IMG/VR virus record: IMGVR_UViG_3300021399_000096
DNA: 64,000 nt
From: a virus
Lineage: Duplodnaviria > Heunggongvirae > Uroviricota > Caudoviricetes
Strand: one strand, 5' to 3'
The stretch's first letter is position 1, and every line of letters begins with the position of its first letter. The position numbers were made by a program, and so were the translations under genes. Of the stretch, positions 11,145-21,484 are shown piece by piece. The notes under the pieces were generated by a model. It did no database searches and was not told where the DNA came from. It was given only the letters and a program-made list of their open reading frames with translations.

Positions 11145-12266
11145 ATGGAAACAAAACAAATAGATATTAAAGCATCACATATTTTAATGATTTCTGATAT
11201 TCATTTTGGCACTCATGTTAATTCAGAAGAGTGGCAAGAGAATATGAAAAACTATTTCTATGACTTTTTTATTCCAAAGGTTAAAGAACTTAAAACCTCA
11301 TTAAAAGATGGTGAGAGAATGATTCTGGTGAACCTTGGAGATACTTTTAATGATCGCAGAGCCACTGATATTAATGTTTATAATTTAGCAATTGATGTAT
11401 TTGAAGATATTGCTAAAGAAATAGAAACTTATATTATAAATGGAAATCATGATTTAGCAAAGAAAACTAATACAGGAAATACTTCACTTCGTGCAATTCA
11501 ATATATAAATAATGTTCATCTTATTACTGAACCAACTATATTGAATATAAATTATGAGGGTGTAAAACATACTAAAATAATTGCAATTCCATATTTAGGC
11601 GATCATTCACAAGAAACAAATTGTTTAATAGAAAACAATAAAGCCAAATATGCATTTATGCATACAGATTTAGCAAAAATGAGATTTGATAACGGAATGC
11701 TTATTACAGAAGGTGTAAATACAGATGCATTTAACGGAGTTGTTTATTCCGGACATATTCATAAACGGCAAGAAACAAAGAAATGTATATATGTTGGTTC
11801 ACCATATCATATGGATAAAAAAGATATTGGAAATCAAAAAGGATTATATTTGCTTAATCTTAAAACTAATAAACATGAATTTATTGAAAATCATTATAGC
11901 CCAATATATCACAGTTTATTAATGGAAAAATATGTTGAAATGTCTATTGGAGAACGACAAGAATTCCTAAACAACAATTATAATTATATTATCATTAAAG
12001 AAGAAAACATTCCAGAATATAAAAAGAAATTTGATATTTATAATTTAGGAATTGGAACAACTGCAAAATTTGTTAAACCTGTTATCAGCAAACAAACACT
12101 AAATATTAATGTTGATGAAAATATAGAATATAAAGAAAAAACGACAGCTGAACTAATAAACGAATCTATTAATGATTTAGATGTCAGTGAAGAATTCAAA
12201 TTGCAATTAATAAAAACAAGTGATCAGTATTTGAAAGATGCAGAAGCAGAAATTGCGAATGATTAA
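11145..12266 (+). CDS. Mre11/SbcD-like recombination nuclease, T4 gp47-like.
   Basis: The metallophosphoesterase motifs DIHFG, GDTFND, GNHD and GHIH are present. Confidence 0.75.
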   Translation: METKQIDIKASHILMISDIHFGTHVNSEEWQENMKNYFYDFFIPKVKELKTSLKDGERMILVNLGDTFNDRRATDINVYNLAIDVFEDIAKEIETYIINGNHDLAKKTNTGNTSLRAIQYINNVHLITEPTILNINYEGVKHTKIIAIPYLGDHSQETNCLIENNKAKYAFMHTDLAKMRFDNGMLITEGVNTDAFNGVVYSGHIHKRQETKKCIYVGSPYHMDKKDIGNQKGLYLLNLKTNKHEFIENHYSPIYHSLLMEKYVEMSIGERQEFLNNNYNYIIIKEENIPEYKKKFDIYNLGIGTTAKFVKPVISKQTLNINVDENIEYKEKTTAELINESINDLDVSEEFKLQLIKTSDQYLKDAEAEIAND

Positions 12267-12304
12267 AAATAAAGGAACCTTTGAATTGAGGCTCCTTTTA
12301 ATTA

Positions 12305-13234
12305 TTATCTAAATGTTGTTTTCTTTCCGGAGTTAACTATAGATTCAATATAAGATTTATCATCTCTAGTTAATCTGTTAGTTGGAGATTCTGTAAAGCC
12401 CATATGCCATCCAAGCCATTGAACCAAATCTGCATACTGCTATCCATTATCATAATGTATATAATATTTAAAAGAATAGCGTTTTTCTTCAATATTTACA
12501 CTAATACCATGGTTTCTTAACCATTTGATATGATTTTCTGCTGCAGCCATTGGAGAAGCAAATTCTCCAGCATCATAATTATAAGGAGAATATACAAAAT
12601 CTGTTATAAAATCTCCAGATTTTTCTTCAACAGAAGTAATCTCTTTAAATTCACAGGTTCTTCTCAAAATCATATTAACATCCATTTGAATTTGAGCTTC
12701 AGAACGGGTTTCCCATTTCCCAGATTTATCAATTTCTGCACGAATTGCTTCTGGTGTTGCTGGAATTTCTCCATTATTAATTTTTTGAATTATTTCAAAT
12801 TTAACTCTCTGACGTGGTGTTTTAATTTTATCAATTTGAATATATTGTTTCATTATATTCTATTTGTTCTCATTAACAGAATCATTAACAGAATTCTTAT
12901 TAACTTTTTGAATTGAAATTCTAGGAGATTGCCCAAGAGAATTATCAATATCTAAAACATTTGAATTAACTAATAAAGAAATAACTTTAATAACTTCTTC
13001 ATGAGTTTTGCATGTTACTCTGATAGAGCCAGAACCATAATTGTCAAATGCTGGTAATTTAGAAGATAATGCATCTAATGTTTTCTTATTCATTCCGTCA
13101 CAACGAACTAAATAAATTTCGCCTGAAACTTCTTGGCTAACTGGAGCAATATCATCAACTTCATTCAAAGAACGTTTAACTTCTTTGGCAACTTGCTCCA
13201 TTATTCTATTATATAAATCAGAATTTTTTTGCAT
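12305..13234 (-). CDS. Leader-family paralog of about 309 aa with two in-frame TAG codons at 12860-12862 and 12440-12442.
   Basis: Track ORFs 12860-13234 and 12440-12853 lie in one frame and are separated by TAG plus two codons. The frame continues to the TAA at 12302-12304. The N-terminus MQKNSDLYNRIMEQVAKEVKRSLNEV matches the family leader. Confidence 0.55.
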
Positions 13235-13330
13235 AATTATAATATATACTTTATTTCTTTTATTATTTATTTAAGAAATAATTAAACAAAATAAAAAGAG
13301 AACCAAATTTCTTCGATTCTCTTTTTAATA

Positions 13331-13666
13331 TTAAAGATCATCTTTATCTATTGTTCTATAGCATAATGGATATAAAATAGCATTAATTGCAAAAATTGGA
13401 GATACATGATGATCCAAATATACTCCATCAGTAATAGCATTCAACATAACTTGTAACTATCTTTCTGGTAGATTTTCTTTTATTATTTTTGCAATATTTA
13501 ATCCAATTTCATTAATTTCATATCTTGAATCTGGAGATTTATCAATTTTCTATCCACGTTCATTTGTATAAACTTCTGGATATTCACCTTCATTCAATGC
13601 CTTTTTAACTTCTTTAGCAACAGAAGCCATAATGCTTTCATATAAAGCTTTTTTGTCTCTTTTCAT
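13331..13666 (-). CDS. Leader-family paralog of 111 aa with two in-frame TAG codons.
   Basis: Manual translation gives MKRDKKALYESIMASVAKEVKKALNEGEYPEV..., a frame that is open only if TAG is read as sense. The gene was missed by the ORF track. Confidence 0.5.
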
Positions 13667-13756
13667 ATTCTATTATATTTTTTTTATACAATATATTTAT
13701 TTAAGAAACAATTCATTATTTTTATATATAATAATTAAGTAAAATTATAATTAGAT

Positions 13757-15427
13757 ATGAAATTTAAATCAATTGAGTGGAAAAATATTAGATCATTTGG
13801 GGAAGAAATCCAAAAAGTTGAATTTATTGATGGAGAATTAGTCTTATTAAAAGGAATTTCTGGTTCTGGAAAATCTACAATTCTCTCTCTTCCATGTATA
13901 GCATTATTTGGAAAAACTCCTGGATTGACAAAATCTGCAATTCATAATCGAATTAATAAACACGGCTGGATTAAAGCAGTTATTGAAAAGGGAGGGCATG
14001 AATATATTATTGAACGCTCATTCACACCCAATGATTTGCAGGTTTTCCGAGATGGTGTCAATATTAATTCATATGGCACTTCATCTGCACAAGATTATAT
14101 TGATAAAGAAATTGCAGATATTCCAATTAAAGCATTTTCTAATATGATTTCTATTTCTATGAAGAAATTCAAATCATTTTTAACTATGTCTCCGGCAGAT
14201 CGAAAAGAAATTATTGATAGAGTTTTCAATCTTGAAGTTGTCAATATTGCATTTGAAAAAATTAAAAAAGATGCTCGTGAAATTGGAAATATGATTAATT
14301 CCAATAATAATTCATTGTATCAATTAACTCAAACATTAAATAATGCTAATATTGAATTATCAAAACTTCAACAGTCTTCACAAACTGAAGAGAATAAAGA
14401 AATTATACGAACAAATACTGAAAAGATTTCAAAAGATAATGAGAATATTAAAAAATTGACAGATGCGTTGTCAACTTATACTCAAAAACAAACTGAAGCA
14501 TTAGGAAGCATTACAGAAATCAAGCAAAAACAATATGAGAATAATTACAATATTCAAGTTATTCAACAAAAAATAGATTTGTATTCTCAAGACAAATGTC
14601 CAACATGTGGAATGTCATTCTCTACAGAATCTGTTAAAGATTTGAAAACCAAACTTCTCAATCTTAAAATAGAAAAAGATAATATAACTACAGAACTTAA
14701 TGGACAATTAGAAAAAGCAAATGCAGATTATAATGCAATAACCGAATATATTGGAAAATTAAATACTGCAATATATCAATTAAATTCTGATATTCAACAA
14801 TTAACTGCACAAAATAATGCATTGAATGAACAACTTAAGAATAATGCAGAGTTCCAGGGAATTAATAATATTATCAATAATACAACAAAACAAATTGAAG
14901 ATATTAACAAACAACTTTCTGAAGATTCTGCAAAATTAAAAGAACTTCAAACATTGGCTATTGTTTATTCTATTGATGGAGTCAAACAAAAAGTTATTGT
15001 AAATTATTTGCCAATTTTGAATAAAGAAATTGAAGATAATTTGGATTTGGTTAATTTTCCGTATCAATTGGAAATTGACACTAAATTTGAACCACACCTT
15101 AAAGAACTTGGGGTTGAATTGACTCCAGAATCATTGTCAGACGGTGAAGAGACACGAGTTGATTTAATAGTTCTTTGTAGTTTATTTAAATTATTGAAGA
15201 GAAGATTTCCATCAATTAATATATTATCTATTGATGAAGTATTATCTTCACTTGACAATGAAACATCCGGATTAGTTCTTGATTTCTTGAGACATTTTGC
15301 ACAAGAAAATAATCTAAGTTGTTTTATTGTTTCACACACAGATTTGTATCTTGATAATTTTAATAAAATCATTAGTGTAACAAAAGACGGTTTTTCAAAA
15401 ATAGAAATAACAAAAGCAATTAACTAA
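13757..15427 (+). CDS. Rad50/SbcC-like ATPase, T4 gp46-like.
   Basis: Walker A GISGSGKST at the N-terminus, a long coiled-coil middle with a CPTCG zinc hook, and a C-terminal signature/Walker B LSIDEVLSSLD. Confidence 0.75.
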   Translation: MKFKSIEWKNIRSFGEEIQKVEFIDGELVLLKGISGSGKSTILSLPCIALFGKTPGLTKSAIHNRINKHGWIKAVIEKGGHEYIIERSFTPNDLQVFRDGVNINSYGTSSAQDYIDKEIADIPIKAFSNMISISMKKFKSFLTMSPADRKEIIDRVFNLEVVNIAFEKIKKDAREIGNMINSNNNSLYQLTQTLNNANIELSKLQQSSQTEENKEIIRTNTEKISKDNENIKKLTDALSTYTQKQTEALGSITEIKQKQYENNYNIQVIQQKIDLYSQDKCPTCGMSFSTESVKDLKTKLLNLKIEKDNITTELNGQLEKANADYNAITEYIGKLNTAIYQLNSDIQQLTAQNNALNEQLKNNAEFQGINNIINNTTKQIEDINKQLSEDSAKLKELQTLAIVYSIDGVKQKVIVNYLPILNKEIEDNLDLVNFPYQLEIDTKFEPHLKELGVELTPESLSDGEETRVDLIVLCSLFKLLKRRFPSINILSIDEVLSSLDNETSGLVLDFLRHFAQENNLSCFIVSHTDLYLDNFNKIISVTKDGFSKIEITKAIN

Positions 15428-15441
15428 AAACATTAAATATT

Positions 15442-16203
15442 ATGGAAACAAAAATGATTGAACAAAAAATTAAAGTTTCTGGATGGGATGAAATGTGTGA
15501 AACAACTATCAAATATCCAGAAGATTTAGAGTTTTATTATACTGCTGGTGAAATTGGCAAATGTAAGCATATTGAATGTGAGCATTATTATGCAATTTTT
15601 GAAAAATCCAGATATTCAGAAGAGATTATTAACGAAATTGTAAATAGTACGTGGCATATGTCAAAACGAGAATTTGGTGATTATATTATTTTAATAGTTA
15701 CTGAAGTCCATAATGATACACCACTTCCGAATATTAGTCGAGACGAATATTTCAAAAAATATAATATTGATTTTTCAAAATATACAGCAGTGTTATATAC
15801 AGAAGATATGTATGTTGCAAATCTGGCCAGAATTGTCAATTTTGAAAACCCGTATAGAATTGATACATTAAGCATCACCACAAAAAATTTATGGGATAGT
15901 TCAAGAAAAATTTTACAAATGGGAAAAGATACAATTGAGCTTTCTGCAATGATGCTTGACACATCTTCTCAGGCTTTTTCTAAATATAAAGTTGAAGTTC
16001 TTAATAATGATGAAAACGGAGATATTGTATGGAATATCGCATTGCGTGATGCTATGAAAGAATTTGGTTATAATCCGGATATTTTGAATCGTGTTGAAGA
16101 TGAATCTAAATATAATTTAGATTTAAAATATGAAAAAGAACATGAAGTAATTAAATTATGGGATAAACTACAAATTAAACAATTAGAACAAACAGATAAG
16201 TAA
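15442..16203 (+). CDS. Hypothetical protein.
   Basis: Intact ORF, tightly packed in the + strand operon with no overlap. Confidence 0.4.
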   Translation: METKMIEQKIKVSGWDEMCETTIKYPEDLEFYYTAGEIGKCKHIECEHYYAIFEKSRYSEEIINEIVNSTWHMSKREFGDYIILIVTEVHNDTPLPNISRDEYFKKYNIDFSKYTAVLYTEDMYVANLARIVNFENPYRIDTLSITTKNLWDSSRKILQMGKDTIELSAMMLDTSSQAFSKYKVEVLNNDENGDIVWNIALRDAMKEFGYNPDILNRVEDESKYNLDLKYEKEHEVIKLWDKLQIKQLEQTDK

Positions 16204-16208
16204 TAATT

Positions 16209-16676
16209 ATGAAAAAAGTATCAATCGAAATAGCTAAATTATTGCAAAAAGTTGGTTTTCACGAAAAAACCAATAGTTTCTATTTAGCAAAAACATCAAA
16301 TGCAGAATATGAATTATATGAAGAAGGCGAATATAGAGACTGGAATGAAGAATGTGAAAATGCAATCTATAATACAGTAATGTCTGCACCAACTTTATCA
16401 CAAATATGTGATTGGTTGAGAGAAAATAAAAATATGAAAATATGGGTTGAACCGCATAGGTTTATTGAAAGAAAAGAAATAGAAACTACTGAATATTTTT
16501 TTCCACTTTGGCATGGAATATGGTGGGTAAGTGAAAATGAAATATATAAATGTTCATGTCAAACATATAATGATTCAATGGAATCTATTGTTCTATTTGC
16601 ACTTAAAAAATTAGCAGAAGATAATAATGAAACTAAACAAAATATAGAGGGAACAAATTTGGAACAAATACAATAA
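16209..16676 (+). CDS. Hypothetical protein.
   Basis: Intact ORF in the operon. Confidence 0.4.
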   Translation: MKKVSIEIAKLLQKVGFHEKTNSFYLAKTSNAEYELYEEGEYRDWNEECENAIYNTVMSAPTLSQICDWLRENKNMKIWVEPHRFIERKEIETTEYFFPLWHGIWWVSENEIYKCSCQTYNDSMESIVLFALKKLAEDNNETKQNIEGTNLEQIQ

Positions 16677-17013
16677 ACACTGCGCATATTGTGGATGCGA
16701 ATTGGATTATAAAGATATGCAGGTAGATCACATTAAACCTGTATTTCATAATTGGTCTGAAAAAGATAAAGAAAAATTATTACCAAAAGATTATACAGGT
16801 GATGATTCTATAGAAAATCTAAATCCATCATGCAGAGCATGTAATTTTAGAAAAGGCTCCAATGATATAGAAGGATTTAGAGAAGAATTACAACATGGAT
16901 TGATATGTTGCTAGCGAAATTTTACATATCGAATGATGATTAAGTATGGTTTAGTAGAAGAACATCCGCAAGAAATAAAATTTTATTTTGAGAAATATAA
17001 TGGAAACAATTGA
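16627..17013 (+). CDS. HNH endonuclease. It probably extends through two in-frame TAGs at 16645 and 16912; the minimal core is 16702-16914.
   Basis: HCAYCGC...DHIKP...NLNPSCRACNFRKG gives the HNH motif with flanking CxxC zinc knuckles. The upstream Cys pair lies outside track ORF 16702-16914, so the real gene must start earlier, across a TAG. Confidence 0.5.
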
Positions 17014-17170
17014 TTTAGATTATTTTAAACAAAAAATATATGAGATTTCTGGAGTTCCAAAATCTAGTTTAGAAAAAATAGACGAAACATATAATGAAGT
17101 TTTACTTGAACATCGTTTTTGGAAGTTTATTGAATATTTAATTAAAACAAAAAGTAATAAAAACATATAA
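17000..17170 (+). CDS. Small hypothetical protein.
   Basis: ATG-initiated ORF between the HNH gene and the polymerase gene. Confidence 0.3.
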   Translation: METIDLDYFKQKIYEISGVPKSSLEKIDETYNEVLLEHRFWKFIEYLIKTKSNKNI

Positions 17171-17198
17171 TTATAAAATAAAAAATTAATAAAATTAC

Positions 17199-18746
17199 AT
17201 GGCAGTTTATAAGAGCAAATTTATAGAAATTGATCCAGATACTTGTTCTAAAGAAGAACTTTATAATGCAATTAAAGAGTGTAAGGATCTTTCTGGATAT
17301 TATGAAACCAAACAGCTTGCAGTTAAAACATTTATTAATTCAGTATATGGAGCTTGCGCTAGTAAGTATTTCGTTGGGCATAATACGGCAGTTGCAGAAT
17401 CAATTACACTTCAAGGACAGGATTTGAATCACTATTCAGAAAACTGTGTCAATAAGTATTTTAGAGGAATTTTTCAATCACAAGAGGAATATAATAGAGT
17501 TATTTATGTTCCTTTATTCGAGTGGATGGAAAAATATGATATTGAAACCACTGATGAATTTTATGCTAAAACACCGGATAAACAATGGGTTTTAGTTAAA
17601 TTGCCATTAAGCAAAAATGAAATTAAAGATCAAGATAATTTGTCAAAAGAAATGAAGGCTTTACTTAAAAAAGTTTCGGTTAAAACCACTTTTGGCGAGT
17701 ATCTTGGAGCACCATATGAAAAAATAAAAGAATTTGAAATCAATAAAGGAAAGATTACTCAAAATGAACCACTTAATTCTTTGGCATTAAAAGCTAAGAA
17801 TCCATTAGATTCTAAAGAAAACCCATTTGCATATATGGGTAAAACAACATATTTGGAAGATGATCCAACATGTAGTTGTACGGTGAATGGGGATACTGAC
17901 TCCATTTATGTCGAGTTTGGGAGGGTTACTACGTTTTTAGGAATACATGATTTTAATAAGGCTACTCGTTTTGTTGTTGATATGTGGAATTATGGAATCG
18001 GACCATATATGGATAAAAAATATGACGAATATGCACAAAAATATAATTGTGATGAAAATATAGAAAATCTTGAACTTGAAAAAATTGCAGATACCGCAAT
18101 ATTAATAGCAAAAAAACATTATGCAATGTCTGAATGTTGGAAAGAACCAAATATATATTTAAATCCAGGTGAAGAAGTTGCATATAAAGGTCTTGAATTA
18201 GTTCAAGGATCTACACCTCCATTTGCAAGAAAATGCCAAGATGAATTTATGAAATATGTTATGAATTGGTATATAAATCATAATGAATCTCCGGAATTTG
18301 ATGAAATTTATTCATTACTCAAAAAATTCAAAGATGATTTTATTAAACAAAACCCGGAAGATATTTGTAAAAGTGTATCAATTTCTGATTATGACAAATT
18401 TATTCTTGATGATAAAAATCAATTAGTGATTGCTGATAAATGTCCTATTCATGTTAGAGCAGCTGGAATTTATAATTATATTTTGAATAATCCAAAGAAT
18501 AAAAAATATAAAATGAAATATAATTCAATAAAGACCCGTGATAAAGTTAAATTTTATAAAACAACAGATCCAAATTATCCTGTCTTTGGTTTTATTCCGG
18601 GCAAATATTCTTTAGAGTTTGCACTTCCAATGGATTATAATCAACAATTTGAAGATTTGGTTTTGAAACCATTAAATCGTGTTATTGAGATTTTAGGTTA
18701 TCAACCATTTACATCAGATTTATGTTATGTTTCATCATTATTTTAA
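17199..18746 (+). CDS. Family B DNA polymerase, C-terminal half (motif B, motif C, thumb). This is a separate gene of a split polymerase.
   Basis: KTFINSVYGACAS is motif B (KxxxNSxYG). VNGDTDSIYV is motif C (YGDTDS). Confidence 0.8.
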   Translation: MAVYKSKFIEIDPDTCSKEELYNAIKECKDLSGYYETKQLAVKTFINSVYGACASKYFVGHNTAVAESITLQGQDLNHYSENCVNKYFRGIFQSQEEYNRVIYVPLFEWMEKYDIETTDEFYAKTPDKQWVLVKLPLSKNEIKDQDNLSKEMKALLKKVSVKTTFGEYLGAPYEKIKEFEINKGKITQNEPLNSLALKAKNPLDSKENPFAYMGKTTYLEDDPTCSCTVNGDTDSIYVEFGRVTTFLGIHDFNKATRFVVDMWNYGIGPYMDKKYDEYAQKYNCDENIENLELEKIADTAILIAKKHYAMSECWKEPNIYLNPGEEVAYKGLELVQGSTPPFARKCQDEFMKYVMNWYINHNESPEFDEIYSLLKKFKDDFIKQNPEDICKSVSISDYDKFILDDKNQLVIADKCPIHVRAAGIYNYILNNPKNKKYKMKYNSIKTRDKVKFYKTTDPNYPVFGFIPGKYSLEFALPMDYNQQFEDLVLKPLNRVIEILGYQPFTSDLCYVSSLF

Positions 18747-18778
18747 AACAAATAGAAAAAGAAATATAAAAAATATAC

Positions 18779-20308
18779 ATGATAATTAGTAAAGAACAAA
18801 TAGATAGCAATGATTCTAATGGAAATCCAATAAAATTATTGGTTATTTCATATGTCAATAAAGAAGGAAAGATTTCATATTTGAAATGGCAAATTCCAGC
18901 AACAGAAATGTTTGAATGGGTTTATACAAATAGGGCTAATGCAGATAAACCATTTCCAGCATATGATGTGAATACTCGTCAACCTATTATTGATGAAGTT
19001 ACTGGACAACCAAAAATAGTACAATGGAAATCTTATGACAATAAATGGGTTAGACGAAATCCAACTATTAAAAATCTTTCAGAAGGAAGATTGAATGAAA
19101 TTATTAATAGTTGGGGGAAAATTGCAGATCCTTTATTTGAAGCTAATACTCCAATAACATGGTTTTGTGATATTGAGGTAGATGTTTCTCCAGAAGGATT
19201 TCCGGATCCAGATTCTGCATCTATGCCAATTAATACAATAGCAATAACAAAATTTCCAAAAACTATTGTTTTTGGACGTAAGCATTTATCTGAAAAAGAA
19301 ATAAATGGTATTCAAGAAAATCTTAGAAATTATTCAGATTTAACAAAAGATTATGAATTTGAATATAGATATTATGAAACTGAATATCAAATGATTGAAG
19401 CCTTTATAGAATTTATAAAGGATATTCCTGCTATAACTGGATGGAACTTTTTAGGATATGACTGGAAATATATTAAAAATCGTTGTGAAAATATTGGAAT
19501 AACGGATTTAATTAAAATTTGTCCAACACAAGCATATACACGATTTAAATTAAATAGAAAAAATGTAATAGATGTTCAAGTTCCATTGCATAAAATCATA
19601 TATGACTATATGTTAGTTTATAGACAATGGGACAGATCAGTAGAAATTAAAGAAAGTGATACATTGGACTGGGTTTCTAACAAAGTTCTTGGAATTAAGA
19701 AAGTTGAACATGAATGGGGGTTTGAGGAATTTTATAGAGATCATTATATGGAATATGTTTTCTATAATGCTGTTGATACTATATTGGTTGAAAAAATCGA
19801 TGAGAAACTTAAAACCGCACAAATTTGGTATATGTTGGCAAGTGAACTTCGTGTATCATTAAATGATGCTTTTTCAACTATTTTGCCAACTGAAGTTGTT
19901 ATGACTAACTTTATTTATCCACAATATAAAGTGGTTCCAAAAAAGATTAATAATAACGATGATGTTGATACAGATTATGAAGGAGCTTTTGTTTGGCCAA
20001 CACAACCTGGAGTTTACAAATATATTGGTGGGCTAGATTTCGCTTCACTTTATCCTTCAACGATGATCCAATTTCAAATATCGCCAGAATCATTTTTATT
20101 TAAAGATCCAACATATGTTCCAAAAGATAATGAAATCAAAACAATTTCTGGGGCAGTTTATCAAAAAAGAGCTGATGCTATTCTTCCAGCTATTCTTAGA
20201 CACTATTTTGCTAAACGTAAAGCAGCTAAGGCAGATCGAAAAAGTGTAGATGTAGATATGGAAGTATTAATTAAAAAATATGAAGAACGATTTGGAAAAT
20301 TTGAATAA
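18779..20308 (+). CDS. Family B DNA polymerase, N-terminal half (3'-5' exonuclease domain plus motif A). It is encoded downstream of the C-terminal half.
   Basis: FCDIEVD is the Exo I motif. YIGGLDFASLYPSTMIQ is motif A (DxxSLYPS). The C-terminus ILPAILRHYFAKRK aligns with the T4 gp43 segment that immediately precedes motif B. Confidence 0.8.
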   Translation: MIISKEQIDSNDSNGNPIKLLVISYVNKEGKISYLKWQIPATEMFEWVYTNRANADKPFPAYDVNTRQPIIDEVTGQPKIVQWKSYDNKWVRRNPTIKNLSEGRLNEIINSWGKIADPLFEANTPITWFCDIEVDVSPEGFPDPDSASMPINTIAITKFPKTIVFGRKHLSEKEINGIQENLRNYSDLTKDYEFEYRYYETEYQMIEAFIEFIKDIPAITGWNFLGYDWKYIKNRCENIGITDLIKICPTQAYTRFKLNRKNVIDVQVPLHKIIYDYMLVYRQWDRSVEIKESDTLDWVSNKVLGIKKVEHEWGFEEFYRDHYMEYVFYNAVDTILVEKIDEKLKTAQIWYMLASELRVSLNDAFSTILPTEVVMTNFIYPQYKVVPKKINNNDDVDTDYEGAFVWPTQPGVYKYIGGLDFASLYPSTMIQFQISPESFLFKDPTYVPKDNEIKTISGAVYQKRADAILPAILRHYFAKRKAAKADRKSVDVDMEVLIKKYEERFGKFE

Positions 20309-20310
20309 TT

Positions 20311-21069
20311 ATGACATTAGATTTTAGTACATATAAGAATTTAATATTCATTGGGGACATTCATCATAAATTAAATGATGTAGTTAAACAAATGATTAAT
20401 TATTCTGATACTTTGTTTATTTCTACTGGAGATTGCAATATTGGAGTAAAGCCATTTGAAACTGATACAGATATGTTTGAAAATATTGAATATATTTTGG
20501 CATCTCATAATAATATGTTTTTAATTATTAGAGGTAATCATGATAATCCAAAATATTTCAAAAAGAATTCTTCAATGCGTTTATTCTTAGAGAATAATAC
20601 ATCGCATATTATATTAGTTCCGGATTATTCAGTTATTAAAACTGCTAATTATAATATATTATGTATAGGCGGTGCAAGATCCATTGACAGAGTTTTTAAT
20701 GTGAAGAATCTAGATTGGTTTCAAAATGAGAATATTCAAAAGCCAGATGATAATTTCTTTAATCAAAATGACAATATAGATATTATTGTTTCTCATTCTG
20801 CACCATTATTTGCACAACCACTTGAATTTTCAGATGAATTAAAATTTTATAATTCCTTTATTGTCAATTCATATGCACTATATGACAAAACAATGAAGAA
20901 TGATATTTATAAAGAACGTTTATTGCTTAAAGGTATATATGAAAAACTGAATAATAAACACCATATTCAATATTTGATATATGGACATTATCATAAACAT
21001 ATAGAAAGCCAATATAATAAAACTAAGTGTATTAGTTTAGAAATAGGAGAACTAAAACAAATTAATTAA
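20311..21069 (+). CDS. Calcineurin-like metallophosphoesterase.
   Basis: The motifs GDIHHK, GDCN, RGNHD and GHYH are present. Confidence 0.55.
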   Translation: MTLDFSTYKNLIFIGDIHHKLNDVVKQMINYSDTLFISTGDCNIGVKPFETDTDMFENIEYILASHNNMFLIIRGNHDNPKYFKKNSSMRLFLENNTSHIILVPDYSVIKTANYNILCIGGARSIDRVFNVKNLDWFQNENIQKPDDNFFNQNDNIDIIVSHSAPLFAQPLEFSDELKFYNSFIVNSYALYDKTMKNDIYKERLLLKGIYEKLNNKHHIQYLIYGHYHKHIESQYNKTKCISLEIGELKQIN

Positions 21070-21073
21070 AGTT

Positions 21074-21433
21074 ATGATTATTTATAAAATTTTTTACAAA
21101 GAACATCAAGTGTTTGATATTGAATTATTATTGAATGAATCTGATTATTCTGGCAGATATTATTCAGATTTACATATAATGCCATGTATTCCAGGTGTTG
21201 CACATTATATTTTTGAAAATGTAAAAACGCCAGAAGATTTAGAAATTGCAAGTGCAAGATGTGAACAAATTGCAGATATGCGTGTTATTTTATGGGAAGA
21301 TCCCGAATATGATAATTCACCATTGCCAGAAAAAGAGGCAGAAGAACGCCATTATAAAATTGTTAAACCAAGAGTTGAAGAGAATTTGAAAAATTTCTGC
21401 AAAACTATGAGTTTTTCAATGTTTACTGACTAA
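21074..21433 (+). CDS. Hypothetical protein.
   Basis: Intact ORF. Confidence 0.35.
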   Translation: MIIYKIFYKEHQVFDIELLLNESDYSGRYYSDLHIMPCIPGVAHYIFENVKTPEDLEIASARCEQIADMRVILWEDPEYDNSPLPEKEAEERHYKIVKPRVEENLKNFCKTMSFSMFTD

Positions 21434-21484
21434 AAAACAATAAGAAAAATTTAAAATAAAATAGATAAAAAATTAAATATATAA

